Below are positions 48,716 through 58,157 of a stretch of 64,000 nucleotides of DNA, piece after piece. Source of the DNA: Alphaproteobacteria bacterium RIFCSPHIGHO2_02_FULL_46_13. Lineage in GTDB: Bacteria; Pseudomonadota; Alphaproteobacteria; Micavibrionales; Micavibrionaceae. The notes below the pieces were generated by a model that saw only the letters and a list, made by a program, of their open reading frames with translations, had not been told where the DNA came from and ran no database searches. The stretch covers positions 4,227 to 68,226 of the forward strand of contig MEMI01000027.1 in NCBI GenBank assembly GCA_001767915.1. The letters run 5' to 3'. The translations under genes were made by a program, and so were the position numbers. The first letter of the stretch is position 1, and each line of letters opens with the position of its first letter.

Positions 48716-48757
48716 TTTTACCACCCAGAGATTAACTTTTACCACCCAGAGATTAAC
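48716..48757. repeat. perfect 21-bp tandem direct repeat x2
   Basis: ttttaccacccagagattaac occurs twice, starting 23 nt upstream of the ATG of 47143..48693. Confidence 0.9.
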
Positions 48758-48823
48758 AGAGTATATAATTTATGGATTATATTACCGTCTATTTTACGCT
48801 TTCATCTGGACGTTTTGGCATAT

Positions 48824-48857
48824 ATATGTAGGATACTCTTATATGTAGGATACTCTC
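48824..48857. repeat. 17-bp tandem direct repeat x2 (16/17 identical)
   Basis: atatgtaggatactctt followed by atatgtaggatactctc. The second copy also forms atgtag-N8-ctacat dyad symmetry. It lies about 60 nt upstream of fabI. Confidence 0.85.
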
Positions 48858-48915
48858 TACATACATAATTTTAATATACATAATAATTTGTTTAAAGGAT
48901 TTAAAAGGTTTCTCT

Positions 48916-49788
48916 ATGACTAGCACGACACATTCCGCTCCAATTTCAAATTTGATGGCTGGCAAAAAAGGTTTGATTATGGGCGTTGCCAATGATCGTT
49001 CTATCGCATGGGGAATTGCAAAAACCGCCCATGCCCATGGCGCAGAATTAGCTTTCACTTATCAAGGTGAAGCACTCGAAAAACGCGTGCGCCCATTGGC
49101 CGAAGAAATCGGATCTCAAATCGTTCTGCCTTGCGATGTCACAGACGAAGCAAGTGTTAAAGCAACCTTTGCAGAACTCGAAGCAAAATGGGGCAAGCTG
49201 GACTTCGTTGTTCACGCCATTGCATTCTCTGATAAAGCAGAGCTGGATGGTTTGTATCTGAATACAACACGCGCCAACTTTTTAAAGACAATGGATATTT
49301 CCGTTTACTCCTTCACATCGGTTGCACAATACGCCGTGCCATTGATGAACGAAGGTGGTTCATTGCTGACTCTCACATATTACGGCGCGGAACGCGTCAT
49401 GCCACATTACAACGTCATGGGCGTTGCGAAAGCCGCGTTGGAGGCATCTGTGCGCTATCTTGCAACCGACCTCGGCGGTCAAGGTATTCGCGTGAATGCG
49501 ATCTCGGCGGGGCCGATCAAAACATTGGCGGCGTCTGGGATTGGCGATTTCCGTTATATCCTGAAATGGAATGAATTAAACTCTCCGCTCAAACGTAACG
49601 TCACCATTGATGATGTTGGTAATTCCGGTTTGTATTTGCTCTCTGACCTTGGCGCGGGCGTCACTGGTGAAGTCCTTCACGTTGATGCGGGTTACCACAC
49701 TGTTGGTATGGTCTCGATTGAGAGTGCCGCAGAGACAGCAGAACTTCTCAACAGTATCGCGCCTAAAAAGGATGAAGCTGCCGCATGA
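48916..49788 (+). CDS. fabI: enoyl-[acyl-carrier-protein] reductase (NADH)
   Basis: 290-aa ORF with GKKGLIMGVANDRSIAWGIAK, a Y-x6-K catalytic pair region (HYNVMGVAKAALE) and ISAGPIKT. Confidence 0.93.
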   Translation: MTSTTHSAPISNLMAGKKGLIMGVANDRSIAWGIAKTAHAHGAELAFTYQGEALEKRVRPLAEEIGSQIVLPCDVTDEASVKATFAELEAKWGKLDFVVHAIAFSDKAELDGLYLNTTRANFLKTMDISVYSFTSVAQYAVPLMNEGGSLLTLTYYGAERVMPHYNVMGVAKAALEASVRYLATDLGGQGIRVNAISAGPIKTLAASGIGDFRYILKWNELNSPLKRNVTIDDVGNSGLYLLSDLGAGVTGEVLHVDAGYHTVGMVSIESAAETAELLNSIAPKKDEAAA

Positions 49789-50246
49789 TCTGGTTCAAAC
49801 CCTACACGATAGAAATGCTCGAAGGCCTACGGAATGCCAATATGGGGCAGCATGTGGGGTTTGAATTTACGGAGGTCGGTGACGATTTCCTGCGCGGTAA
49901 ACTCCCCGTTGATTATCGGACAACACAACCGTTCGGCATTTTGCATGGCGGGGCAAATTGTGTCCTCTCCGAAACATTGGGCAGCGTCGCCGCATGGATG
50001 ACCATCGACTCGAATCTTTATCGTGCAGTCGGTTTGGAAATTAACTGTAACCATATCCGCGCTGTGACCGAAGGCAATGTCATCGGTACCTGTACTCCAC
50101 TCCATGTTGGTCGCCGTACCCAAGTCTGGCAAACCGATATCACCGAGGAAGCTACAGGCAAGCGTGTTGCTCTCTCCAGATTGACAATCGCCATCATCGA
50201 CCAAGGCACATTATCCACCCAAAAACATCATATTCATTTGCAGTAA
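49785..50246 (+). CDS. PaaI/hotdog-fold thioesterase
   Basis: 153-aa [20 protein letters not shown] is typical of the TIGR00369/PaaI family. 4-nt overlap with fabI. Confidence 0.85.
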   Translation: MIWFKPYTIEMLEGLRNANMGQHVGFEFTEVGDDFLRGKLPVDYRTTQPFGILHGGANCVLSETLGSVAAWMTIDSNLYRAVGLEINCNHIRAVTEGNVIGTCTPLHVGRRTQVWQTDITEEATGKRVALSRLTIAIIDQGTLSTQKHHIHLQ

Positions 50247-50260
50247 ATTTAAGGCGTATC

Positions 50261-51346
50261 ATGTCAGGTAATCGTTTCGGGACTTTATTCCAATATCAAA
50301 CATGGGGTGAGAGCCACGGGCCAGCGATAGGCGTGGTTGTGGATGGGGTGCCGCCGCGTATTCCATTGTCCGAAGATGATATTCAGGTATTTCTGGATAA
50401 GCGGAAACCGGGGCAATCAAAATTCACAACACAGCGCAATGAAGAGGATAAAGTAAAAATCCTCTCCGGTGTATTCGAAGGTCAAACAACGGGTACGCCC
50501 ATTTCGTTGATGATTGAAAACACTGATCAAAAATCAAAAGATTACGGTGACATCAAAGATAAATTCCGCCCCGGTCATGCCGACTTCACCTATGACGCCA
50601 AATACGGCATCCGCGATTACCGCGGGGGCGGGCGGTCTTCGGCGCGGGAGACAGCATCACGCGTTGCGGCGGGAGCAATTGCCCGCAAAATTTTGATGGA
50701 ACAACTCGGCACAGACATTTTTATCAAGGCCGCTGTTGTCCAGATGGGCAACCGTCATGTCAACCGCGACAAATGGAATTGGCAGGATGTTGATAGTAAT
50801 CCGTTCTTTGTTCCTGATGCATCGGTCGTTCCTGATTGGGAAGAATATTTAAATGGACTTCGCAAAGATGGCTCAAGCATTGGTGCGGTTGTCGAATGTG
50901 TGGCATCCGGTTTTCCTGCGGGTCTTGGTGCTCCTGTCTATGATAAACTGGACGCAGATCTCGCAAAGGCCATGATGTCGATTAATGCCGTCAAAGGGTT
51001 CGAGATCGGTGACGGATTTAAAACCGTTGAATATGGCGGTCAGCAAAATGCCGATGCCATTCGGATAGGCGAAGAGGGCAAGCCAGTGTTCCAGTCAAAC
51101 CATGCAGGCGGTATTCTGGGCGGTATTTCAACGGGGCAGGATATTGTTGTCCGCGTCGCTTTTAAACCGACTAGCTCTATTTTAACGTCAGTTCCAACTA
51201 TTGATAAATTCGGGAACGAGACAGATATTATTACCAAAGGCCGCCACGACCCCTGTGTGGGGCTTCGCGGAACATCTGTGGTCGAAGCGATGATGGCCTG
51301 TGTGCTGTGTGACCATTGGTTGCGTCACAAAGCGCAATGCCTGTAA
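50261..51346 (+). CDS. aroC: chorismate synthase
   Basis: 361-aa ORF with GESHG, RPGHAD and [10 protein letters not shown] motifs. Confidence 0.96.
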   Translation: MSGNRFGTLFQYQTWGESHGPAIGVVVDGVPPRIPLSEDDIQVFLDKRKPGQSKFTTQRNEEDKVKILSGVFEGQTTGTPISLMIENTDQKSKDYGDIKDKFRPGHADFTYDAKYGIRDYRGGGRSSARETASRVAAGAIARKILMEQLGTDIFIKAAVVQMGNRHVNRDKWNWQDVDSNPFFVPDASVVPDWEEYLNGLRKDGSSIGAVVECVASGFPAGLGAPVYDKLDADLAKAMMSINAVKGFEIGDGFKTVEYGGQQNADAIRIGEEGKPVFQSNHAGGILGGISTGQDIVVRVAFKPTSSILTSVPTIDKFGNETDIITKGRHDPCVGLRGTSVVEAMMACVLCDHWLRHKAQCL

Positions 51347-51368
51347 TTTTTTAAAAGAGGAACATATA

Positions 51369-53294
51369 ATGTCCAATCAAAGTTGGCTTCGTGGTCGTAC
51401 TGTGGTTTATAACGCATCAACCCAAACTATCCCTGTGAAACAAGAAAACCTGAAATCCAAAACATCATGGTTTGATTTTTTCAAATCCATTTTTTGTTTT
51501 GCATGGAAAACAATCAAAGGGTTTGCCCTTTTTATCGGTTTACTATTCCTCTTCCTGATTGCGATGGGCATTTGGGGCGCATCGAAGGGGCAGAAATCTG
51601 CGCCAGCAACTTTACCCAATTCTATGGTGCTGACCTTAAAACTTGATGGCGAAATTCCTGAAACTTCGGGGACGACACAAGTTCTCTCTCTGCTACAAAT
51701 GGACAAAGCACCTTTGACATTGGATGATATTGTCAACTCAATCGACCGCGCCGCAAAAGATGACCGTGTGAAGGTCTTGGCGGTGAAGGCATCGGGCGGC
51801 GGGTATAATTTAACACAGTTACAATCTATTCGTGATGCAGTATTGCGGTTTAAGGCCGCGGGCAAAAAGTCTGTGATCTTTTCTGAATCATACGGCGAAG
51901 GCGGATATGGTTTGGGCATTTATTATCTGGCCACGGCCTTTGATGAAATCTGGATGCAACCTGTCGGCAATGTGGCGATTGGCGGCGTTAATATGCAGAT
52001 ACCATTTTTCAAAGACATCATGGCCGATTACGGCGTGAAGGCGCAATTTTTCCAACGCAAAGAATATAAAAACGCCATGGAACATTTGACATCCAATCAG
52101 ATGAGCGCCGCTAGCAGGGAAGAAATGCAATCCATCGTGAATGATCTGGCAGGGCAGTTGGTTGACCCGATCAAGACGTCGCGGAAACAAGTCTCGCAGA
52201 CATTTGATGCGTTGCTGGATAAAGGTTACCTGACTGACAGCGTGGCATTGGAAACAGGGATCATCGACAAATTAAATTACGAAGATGTGATGTTCGACGC
52301 CATTCAGAAAAAATTCGTTGGCGCGCAAAATATAACCTTGGAAAGATATGCGGCTAATTATAAACGCAAGGTTTTTGAATCCTCCATGATGTCAAAAAAC
52401 AAAGGTACAACCATTGCCGTGATCCCGATTGAAGGAATGATTATCAGCGGTTCTGCCAAATCATCTCCGTTCGGGATGAATGATAAAATGGCGGGTGCAG
52501 ATGACATCGTCGCGGCGATTGAAGATGCCGCAATGGATAGTTCTGTCCGCGCAATTGTGTTGCGTATCAACAGCCCGGGCGGAAGTCCAACCGCGTCTGA
52601 AACCATTCACCGCGCCGTTGTCTGGGCAAAAACCACTAAGAAGAAACCGATTATTGTATCCATGGGCGGCCTTGCCGCATCTGGCGGATATTGGGTTGCG
52701 ACACCTGCTGACCGTATTTATGCGATGGATTCAACCCTGACCGGATCAATCGGTGTTGTGGGTGGAAAGCTGAACCTTCAAGCTATGTGGGATAAATTCC
52801 ATGTGCGGTGGGAAACTATCAACTATGGTGAAAATTCCGGTATGCTGTCTTTCAATACTCCGTTTTCTCCAACCGAGCAGGCGCAGTTTGAAGAGTCCCT
52901 TGATAACATCTATGACTATTTCATCAAACGCGTGGCCGATGGTCGCCACATGACGCCTGAACAAGTCGAGAAGATTGCCAAAGGTCGCGCCTATACAGGA
53001 CGCCAAGCGATCAAATTAGGCTTGGTCGATGAAATCGGGGGCATGGACAAAGTCCTTGATGATCTTGCAAAAGCCAACAAGGAAAAATCCCGCGACAATT
53101 TAAATCTTGTTTATCTCCCGCAGACAAATGACCCGATGGAATTGTTTATGTTGATGCTGTCCGAAAAAATCGGCATGTCCCCCGTGCTTGAAAAAGTTGG
53201 GACGGCGCTTGCGCCGTTTATGGCGATGGATAAGCTAAATGCGGGCGGTGCGGTTTATGATCAGTCTCTGGTTGTGGGAAAAATGCAGAATTAA
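51369..53294 (+). CDS. sppA: signal peptide peptidase SppA, 67K type
   Basis: ORF 51300..53294 overlaps aroC, so I place the start at ATG 51369. It has an N-terminal TM segment and two S49 peptidase repeats (the second with GGLAASGGYWVA). Confidence 0.9.
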   Translation: MSNQSWLRGRTVVYNASTQTIPVKQENLKSKTSWFDFFKSIFCFAWKTIKGFALFIGLLFLFLIAMGIWGASKGQKSAPATLPNSMVLTLKLDGEIPETSGTTQVLSLLQMDKAPLTLDDIVNSIDRAAKDDRVKVLAVKASGGGYNLTQLQSIRDAVLRFKAAGKKSVIFSESYGEGGYGLGIYYLATAFDEIWMQPVGNVAIGGVNMQIPFFKDIMADYGVKAQFFQRKEYKNAMEHLTSNQMSAASREEMQSIVNDLAGQLVDPIKTSRKQVSQTFDALLDKGYLTDSVALETGIIDKLNYEDVMFDAIQKKFVGAQNITLERYAANYKRKVFESSMMSKNKGTTIAVIPIEGMIISGSAKSSPFGMNDKMAGADDIVAAIEDAAMDSSVRAIVLRINSPGGSPTASETIHRAVVWAKTTKKKPIIVSMGGLAASGGYWVATPADRIYAMDSTLTGSIGVVGGKLNLQAMWDKFHVRWETINYGENSGMLSFNTPFSPTEQAQFEESLDNIYDYFIKRVADGRHMTPEQVEKIAKGRAYTGRQAIKLGLVDEIGGMDKVLDDLAKANKEKSRDNLNLVYLPQTNDPMELFMLMLSEKIGMSPVLEKVGTALAPFMAMDKLNAGGAVYDQSLVVGKMQN

Positions 53295-53471
53295 CCAATT
53301 GATTTAATTGTATTTTTTCAGCATCTATAAGTTCGTTTTCAGGTTTTTATTATTTCGCTGATTTAAAAATCTAAACGTACGCCCGTATCCGCAAAGAAGG
53401 CGCGGATCAAGGAAGGGGCGTTGAGCCTGAGATTATTTTAGGAAACTATACCTAATTTGTCAAGCCGACTC

Positions 53472-54941
53472 TTATTGGGACAATAATTGCAACTGGGTGT
53501 CCGATGGTTGAGTAGGGTAATATTTAAAATATCTCATGTTCCCATGGAGTTGATTGACCCCAAAACGGCTTTGTCCGATTTTGAATGAAGTGATACTCGG
53601 GGCAGTTCCTGATGTGTCACTCGTGATAGCAGCGCCATTTCTGGATATTTTGAAACTGTTCGCTTTATAACTTGTGACGCAAGTGTCGATGTTACCAATG
53701 GAAGCACTTTGTAATATGGAGGCTTGTGTCGATCCCGCATTCACAACATCAAACCTAGCACTTATGGGAGAGGCTGTTTTATATAGAGACATGTAATTGC
53801 TGTTATCTGTCACAATATCATAAACATATGTGTTAAATGTCGGGTTATTGGTGGATGTTTTGGTCTGCATCAATCCGTTTGTATTTGAGAACCAAGTCCC
53901 TGTAGGGATTTGAAAGTTATCAAGAGCTCGGTTATTTGTTCCTGTTGTCGTTGGGATGTAAGACGAGGGCGTTTGGCCAATTTCAAGTTGTGCGCCCCAA
54001 GCATATGCGCCGCTTGTGCCATCCCCTGCATAAGATGAAACGCCTCCGTTTATAAGTGCGAAAGCGATTGTTTCGGAAGTGCTTGAGCTTATGAATTTGA
54101 CAGCGAGCCGATACCAGCCACTATTAATTTGTTGTATGGAGGCTGTGTCTGTGCCGCCTGATACAGCTGTCCCGCTTCCGGTAAGGGTAAAAATACTTGA
54201 TCCGCCTGATGATCTGAATCTCACCTGTGTACGCTCTGCCGCTTTTGCATAGATGCTGGCGGTATAAACGGTGGCATTTGTCACTGTTATCGCTTGGGAA
54301 ACTTCCTTATCTCCCGTTCCGGCATTTTCAACCAGTTTTTCGGCAACAGCAGTACCAGTCGGAGCAGTTGTTATATTGGCGGTTATGGTTCCGTTTGATA
54401 CAACCCATGGAGACAGGTTTATATCTGCAGATCGTAATGCGTAATTGACCGTATAGCCTTCTAATAATAGCCCCTTGGGTTGAAGTGTCGTAGGGTCATA
54501 TTCAAATCTTGGTGTTCCGACAGTTCCTGTCTGGATATTTCCTGAACTATTATAAAATGTTCCAGATCCCCCTGTGAATGTCCCGCTCACAGCGGAGAGA
54601 AATGTTGGAAACGTATCATATACAACGCCATTGACGCTATATCTGCCGTCGGCATCGTAAACAAAGTCCATGGAGAGAGACGGGTAATTGACTTTTACCC
54701 CTGTTGTATTGGGGGCGGTAAATGTCGCGGGGGAGAGATCGTTGCCAACTAAATCTTTTATTGTACCGCCATTCAAATCAATGGATGTGGATGAAATCGT
54801 TATGCCGTCCAGATCAACATCCCCAACGGTTGGGGAATAGGTGAAGGTAAGTGACGCTGTTCCTGTACCAGATGTATAAGTCGCGTATCTTGTATTGCCA
54901 TCAACATTCAGGACAATGCGTGGTGTCCCTGTAATATTCAC
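53472..54941 (-). CDS. surface protein with Ig-like N-terminal domain and phage tail-fibre/head-spike-like lectin domain
   Basis: 489-aa ORF from a GTG. The N-terminal pattern is A.Y.SG.GT.SLTF.Y...GD.D.DGI...LNGGTI.D..GN. The central part has W....G.......AP.G...A....E.......Y..S.YAKA......R........GWYR....F, ending GAQLE.G...SSYIPT. The frame stays open 35 codons further upstream, to 55046, and that extension encodes a signal peptide. Confidence 0.7.
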   Translation of the reverse strand: MNITGTPRIVLNVDGNTRYATYTSGTGTASLTFTYSPTVGDVDLDGITISSTSIDLNGGTIKDLVGNDLSPATFTAPNTTGVKVNYPSLSMDFVYDADGRYSVNGVVYDTFPTFLSAVSGTFTGGSGTFYNSSGNIQTGTVGTPRFEYDPTTLQPKGLLLEGYTVNYALRSADINLSPWVVSNGTITANITTAPTGTAVAEKLVENAGTGDKEVSQAITVTNATVYTASIYAKAAERTQVRFRSSGGSSIFTLTGSGTAVSGGTDTASIQQINSGWYRLAVKFISSSTSETIAFALINGGVSSYAGDGTSGAYAWGAQLEIGQTPSSYIPTTTGTNNRALDNFQIPTGTWFSNTNGLMQTKTSTNNPTFNTYVYDIVTDNSNYMSLYKTASPISARFDVVNAGSTQASILQSASIGNIDTCVTSYKANSFKISRNGAAITSDTSGTAPSITSFKIGQSRFGVNQLHGNMRYFKYYPTQPSDTQLQLLSQ

Positions 54942-55050
54942 GGGTTTTGATGTGGTGACAGTAAATGGAATATTAAGTGCCGCCCACGCGGAAAATGGGT
55001 AGCAGATTAATGTGATAAAAATGATTGTTTTTAGAAAGACAAGAATCTAT

Positions 55051-55914
55051 TTACCCTCTGGCAGCCTTCGCCATCGTCCTTGCTTCGTCTTGCATTTCTG
55101 CGAAAGCGACTTTGGCGATTTTTTCGACATCGGTTGCGGCGTCGCAGTTGGGTGAGCGGGTGAGGAGAGGGGTTTGGTGGCGGATTGTGTCTTTTACTTT
55201 TGGATCGTGGCGCACGAGGCCAGCCAATGGTGGGGAGAGGCGCAAGAAATTCTCGCACGCTTTCAGAAGGGTTTTGTAAGTTTTTTCGCCTTCGGTTGTG
55301 CTGCTCGCTTGGTTGACCACGATGGATACATTTTTGGACATTCCTGCCGCCGCACCCAATTTGATGAAGGCATAGGCGTCAGTCAAAGAGGTTGGCTCAT
55401 CCGTTGTGACCAGCAATGTGCGGGTTGCGCAAGCTGAGAACATACGAACAGTGCGGTCAACACCCGCACCAAGGTCGATGACAATGGCGTCATACGATTC
55501 AGAGAGTTCGATCAATTGGTCACGGAGCATCGCCAAGCGTTGGCTTGGTAGTGCGGACAAAGATGCCTGACCAGAACGACCCGCGATAATATCAAAACCG
55601 CCATCTTCATAACGCTGAACAACTTTATCGAGGGACAGGCGTCCACGGATCACGTCATTCAAATCACGTTTCGGCATCAGACCCAATTGAACGTCAACGT
55701 TCGCGAGCCCCAAGTCGCCATCAAACAGGCAAACTTTTTTGCCCATTTTGGTCAGGGCTTGAGCCAAGGTGACAGAGAAGAATGTTTTTCCAACACCACC
55801 TTTGCCAGATGCAACCGCCAGAATGTTTTTACCGCGAGGGAAGGACGGATTAATCGGTATATCCCCTGAAACATCTGAGTTGGTGTATTTTGTATCTGTT
55901 GCCATGATCGTCAT
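55051..55914 (-). CDS. flhG: MinD/ParA-family ATPase FlhG (flagellar number/placement regulator)
   Basis: 287-aa ORF with a deviant Walker A (ASGKGGVGKT). Its start overlaps the flhF stop (ATGA). Confidence 0.83.
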   Translation of the reverse strand: MTIMATDTKYTNSDVSGDIPINPSFPRGKNILAVASGKGGVGKTFFSVTLAQALTKMGKKVCLFDGDLGLANVDVQLGLMPKRDLNDVIRGRLSLDKVVQRYEDGGFDIIAGRSGQASLSALPSQRLAMLRDQLIELSESYDAIVIDLGAGVDRTVRMFSACATRTLLVTTDEPTSLTDAYAFIKLGAAAGMSKNVSIVVNQASSTTEGEKTYKTLLKACENFLRLSPPLAGLVRHDPKVKDTIRHQTPLLTRSPNCDAATDVEKIAKVAFAEMQDEARTMAKAARG

Positions 55915-57002
55915 CCTGTCGATTTTTTGCGTGAAGATTGTAGTGTTGGTTTACGAAGTGAGTCTGTCGTGGTGCTTGCCGATTTCGGGAAGAAATATCC
56001 AGCAAGGGTACGAGGGGTTAATGGGGTTAGACCGTCTGCAACACTGGCTGTCGCACTGGCATCGGCAAAAGCCAATCCGCCATGTTGTGCGGCAGAGAGC
56101 AGGCCGCCCAAGCGGCGGGCAATATCAAGGCGTGTCGCCACAAAGCGGCGGACACCAAGGGCAGAGAAAATACGCGCCATCTCACCCGACTCGTCAGCAT
56201 CGCCCGCGGCGGCCAACGTCAAAATCGGTTCGATATCACCGGAGGCGGCGAGGGAGGCCAAGGCACGCATATCAGATGTTTTAAACGGGTTAAAACCAGG
56301 GGTGTCGATGAGGATTTGGTCGGCACCACGAACGTCAGCCAAAATTTGGGTCAAGTCAGCTGCACCCTTGGCGGTTTTTAAATCAATTTTCAAAAGTTTG
56401 GTAAAGGATTGAAGCTGTTCAACCCCGCCCGCGCGGATAGTATCGGTGGTAATCACGGCGACCTTTAACCCGTTCATCACCCCTTGGGCGGCGAGTTTGG
56501 CAACGGTCAAAGTTTTTCCAGCCCCCGGTGCGCCGACAAACATCATGGCTTTTTTATAAGCCTGTGTCGGGAGCGGGGTGAAATTATAAAGAGTATCAAG
56601 GGCGGCAACAAAAGCGATATTCGGCTCGTCCAAATCGGACATCGCGGCGCAATTAACGATTTGATCGAGAATATCTTCGGGGGCACCATGTTTTAAGAGG
56701 GTGTCGATAATGGCTTCGGTCAGGGATGATTCATCTTCTTGTTCATCATCATATTGTAACCAGTCATCGCGTTGAGCGGGGGCGTTATCACGGCTGATTT
56801 CAAAGGCGATATCGCGTGCGTTTTTAGTGTCGCCGCTTTTGGGGGCTACATGGAATCTGTCGTCAATAGCCGCGGTAACTCGAACGGCTTTTCCACCATT
56901 CTCCTCACGAGTTGCAACGATAATTGCATCCTCACCGAGACTTTCCCGCACCATTTGCATTGCTTCGGTCATTGTCTTTGCATAAAACGACTTGAGTCGC
57001 AT
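55911..57002 (-). CDS. flhF: flagellar biosynthesis GTPase FlhF (SRP-type)
   Basis: B-domain N-terminus MRLKSFYAKTMTEAMQMVRESLGEDAIIV, G1 GAPGAGKT, DTPG and TRLD motifs. The track ORF opens at TTG 57017; ATG 57002 is more likely. Confidence 0.85.
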   Translation of the reverse strand: MRLKSFYAKTMTEAMQMVRESLGEDAIIVATREENGGKAVRVTAAIDDRFHVAPKSGDTKNARDIAFEISRDNAPAQRDDWLQYDDEQEDESSLTEAIIDTLLKHGAPEDILDQIVNCAAMSDLDEPNIAFVAALDTLYNFTPLPTQAYKKAMMFVGAPGAGKTLTVAKLAAQGVMNGLKVAVITTDTIRAGGVEQLQSFTKLLKIDLKTAKGAADLTQILADVRGADQILIDTPGFNPFKTSDMRALASLAASGDIEPILTLAAAGDADESGEMARIFSALGVRRFVATRLDIARRLGGLLSAAQHGGLAFADASATASVADGLTPLTPRTLAGYFFPKSASTTTDSLRKPTLQSSRKKSTG

Positions 57003-57161
57003 TGGAAGAAGTTCCAAAAGTTGATTACAAAAAATAGGTCATCAGAAATGAATCTCTGACCTCACCAATGTACAAGAAGTGTGTAGATTCGACTATAGAA
57101 AAGTTAACCAAAGGTTAAAATCTATTAACCTGTTGCCAAATAGACTCACATCTTTGTTTTT

Positions 57162-58049
57162 TTAGGCTGTCAGGCCAAATTGCGGACTATTCGCCGCAAC
57201 GTCTGCTGTCGGTTTCTTTTCCCAAGGCAGAGGTTCGTTGTCCTTTTTGAAAACAACAGATTTAGGTTTTGTCTCAGGTGACGCCGCCGCCGAAAATGAC
57301 TCTGTTGGCTTCACATCGGTTTGAATGCCAGATGATGCGGTCGATTTAAAATTGTTTGCGCCAGTCACTTCGGCGGCAATACGGTCGACCATATCCAACT
57401 GATAGGGAAGCTTTGTTGCTTGGTTGTCAATATCTGTGAATGCCTTCTGGATGTTGGTGTCCTCTTTACTTCTTTTTGTTTCATTGCCTTGGGCATCAAC
57501 TGCGTAAGTAATATTATAGGCCTGAGCGGAATCGATCAGGTCGTCATTCACTTTTGCGGGGGTTGTCGAGGCTAATCCGCCTTTGTCCATCACGCATCGA
57601 TTATCCGCGTCCAAATAGGCAACTTCGCCATTTTCGTCTAAAATAGGGGTGTATGTCTCTCCGTCACGACCAATATATGAATCGTCGGCGGTGTAGTGAG
57701 GCGGCACAAATATATCTTCGTCATAATATGACCAGTCATCGCTGTCGTCATAGGTTGAATAAAAATAATAGTCTTGGGTGATCATGCGCTCTGCGTCACT
57801 GACATCGCCATAGCCGTCTTCTTCATTTCTACGACGTTGTTTTTCATCATCGTTTTCGAACTTGTGAACAATTGAAAACTCTTCGTTGTTATAAAGGCTT
57901 CCACCATTATTATCGATATCAGGGTTGAAGGCGGTTATGTCTTTTTCAACTCTTTTAATGGGATCTTGTTGTTTGGAGCCGCTAAAGCCCATCTGGGAAT
58001 AGAGGGGGGCTGCCTTTGTGCTAGCATTATGATGTGTCTTTATCGCCAT
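57162..58049 (-). CDS. hypothetical protein, tandem paralog 2
   Basis: 295-aa ORF. Its C-terminal ~190 aa align with 58158..59072 (YTPILDE.G.VAY, VNDDLID..QAYNITY.VDAQGNETKRS, KLPYQLDMVDRI.AEV, PLPW.KK). Confidence 0.65.
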   Translation of the reverse strand: MAIKTHHNASTKAAPLYSQMGFSGSKQQDPIKRVEKDITAFNPDIDNNGGSLYNNEEFSIVHKFENDDEKQRRRNEEDGYGDVSDAERMITQDYYFYSTYDDSDDWSYYDEDIFVPPHYTADDSYIGRDGETYTPILDENGEVAYLDADNRCVMDKGGLASTTPAKVNDDLIDSAQAYNITYAVDAQGNETKRSKEDTNIQKAFTDIDNQATKLPYQLDMVDRIAAEVTGANNFKSTASSGIQTDVKPTESFSAAASPETKPKSVVFKKDNEPLPWEKKPTADVAANSPQFGLTA

Positions 58050-58103
58050 TGATCCCTCCTTAACAAGACAAATTTACAGAATAATGTTAAAGGATTGGTT
58101 AAG

Positions 58104-58125
58104 AATAGCCGTAGAAACGGCTATT
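58104..58125 (-). terminator. hairpin between the tandem paralogs (weak terminator candidate)
   Basis: aatagccgt-agaa-acggctatt, a 9-bp stem with a poor U-tract. Confidence 0.35.
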
Positions 58126-58157
58126 TTACAAAGAGATATGTGGGGGGTGGGTAAAAG

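Noticed and set aside
48716-48757. The 21-bp tandem repeat as a possible mini-CRISPR array.
   Set aside because: The two copies are directly adjacent with no spacer, there are no cas genes in the window, and the repeat is not palindromic. It is not CRISPR.
51300-51368. The N-terminal extension of the sppA ORF, overlapping aroC by 47 nt.
   Set aside because: The extension ([17 protein letters not shown]...) is unlike SppA N-termini. The ATG at 51369 lies after the aroC stop and precedes the TM segment.
55025-56412. Plus-strand ORFs (84-171 aa) with Arg/Pro/Gly-rich translations.
   Set aside because: They are antisense to flhG and flhF, which carry unambiguous Walker/G-motif signatures. These are shadow frames.
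57018-57161. A search for sigma-54 (TGGCAC-N5-TTGCW) or sigma-28 (TAAA-N15-GCCGATAA) promoters upstream of flhF.
   Set aside because: Only TGGCAACAGGTTAAT is present on the minus strand, and it lacks the -12 TTGC element. I could not support a flagellar promoter. Several AT-rich TTAACC/GGTTAA hairpins are there but are ambiguous.
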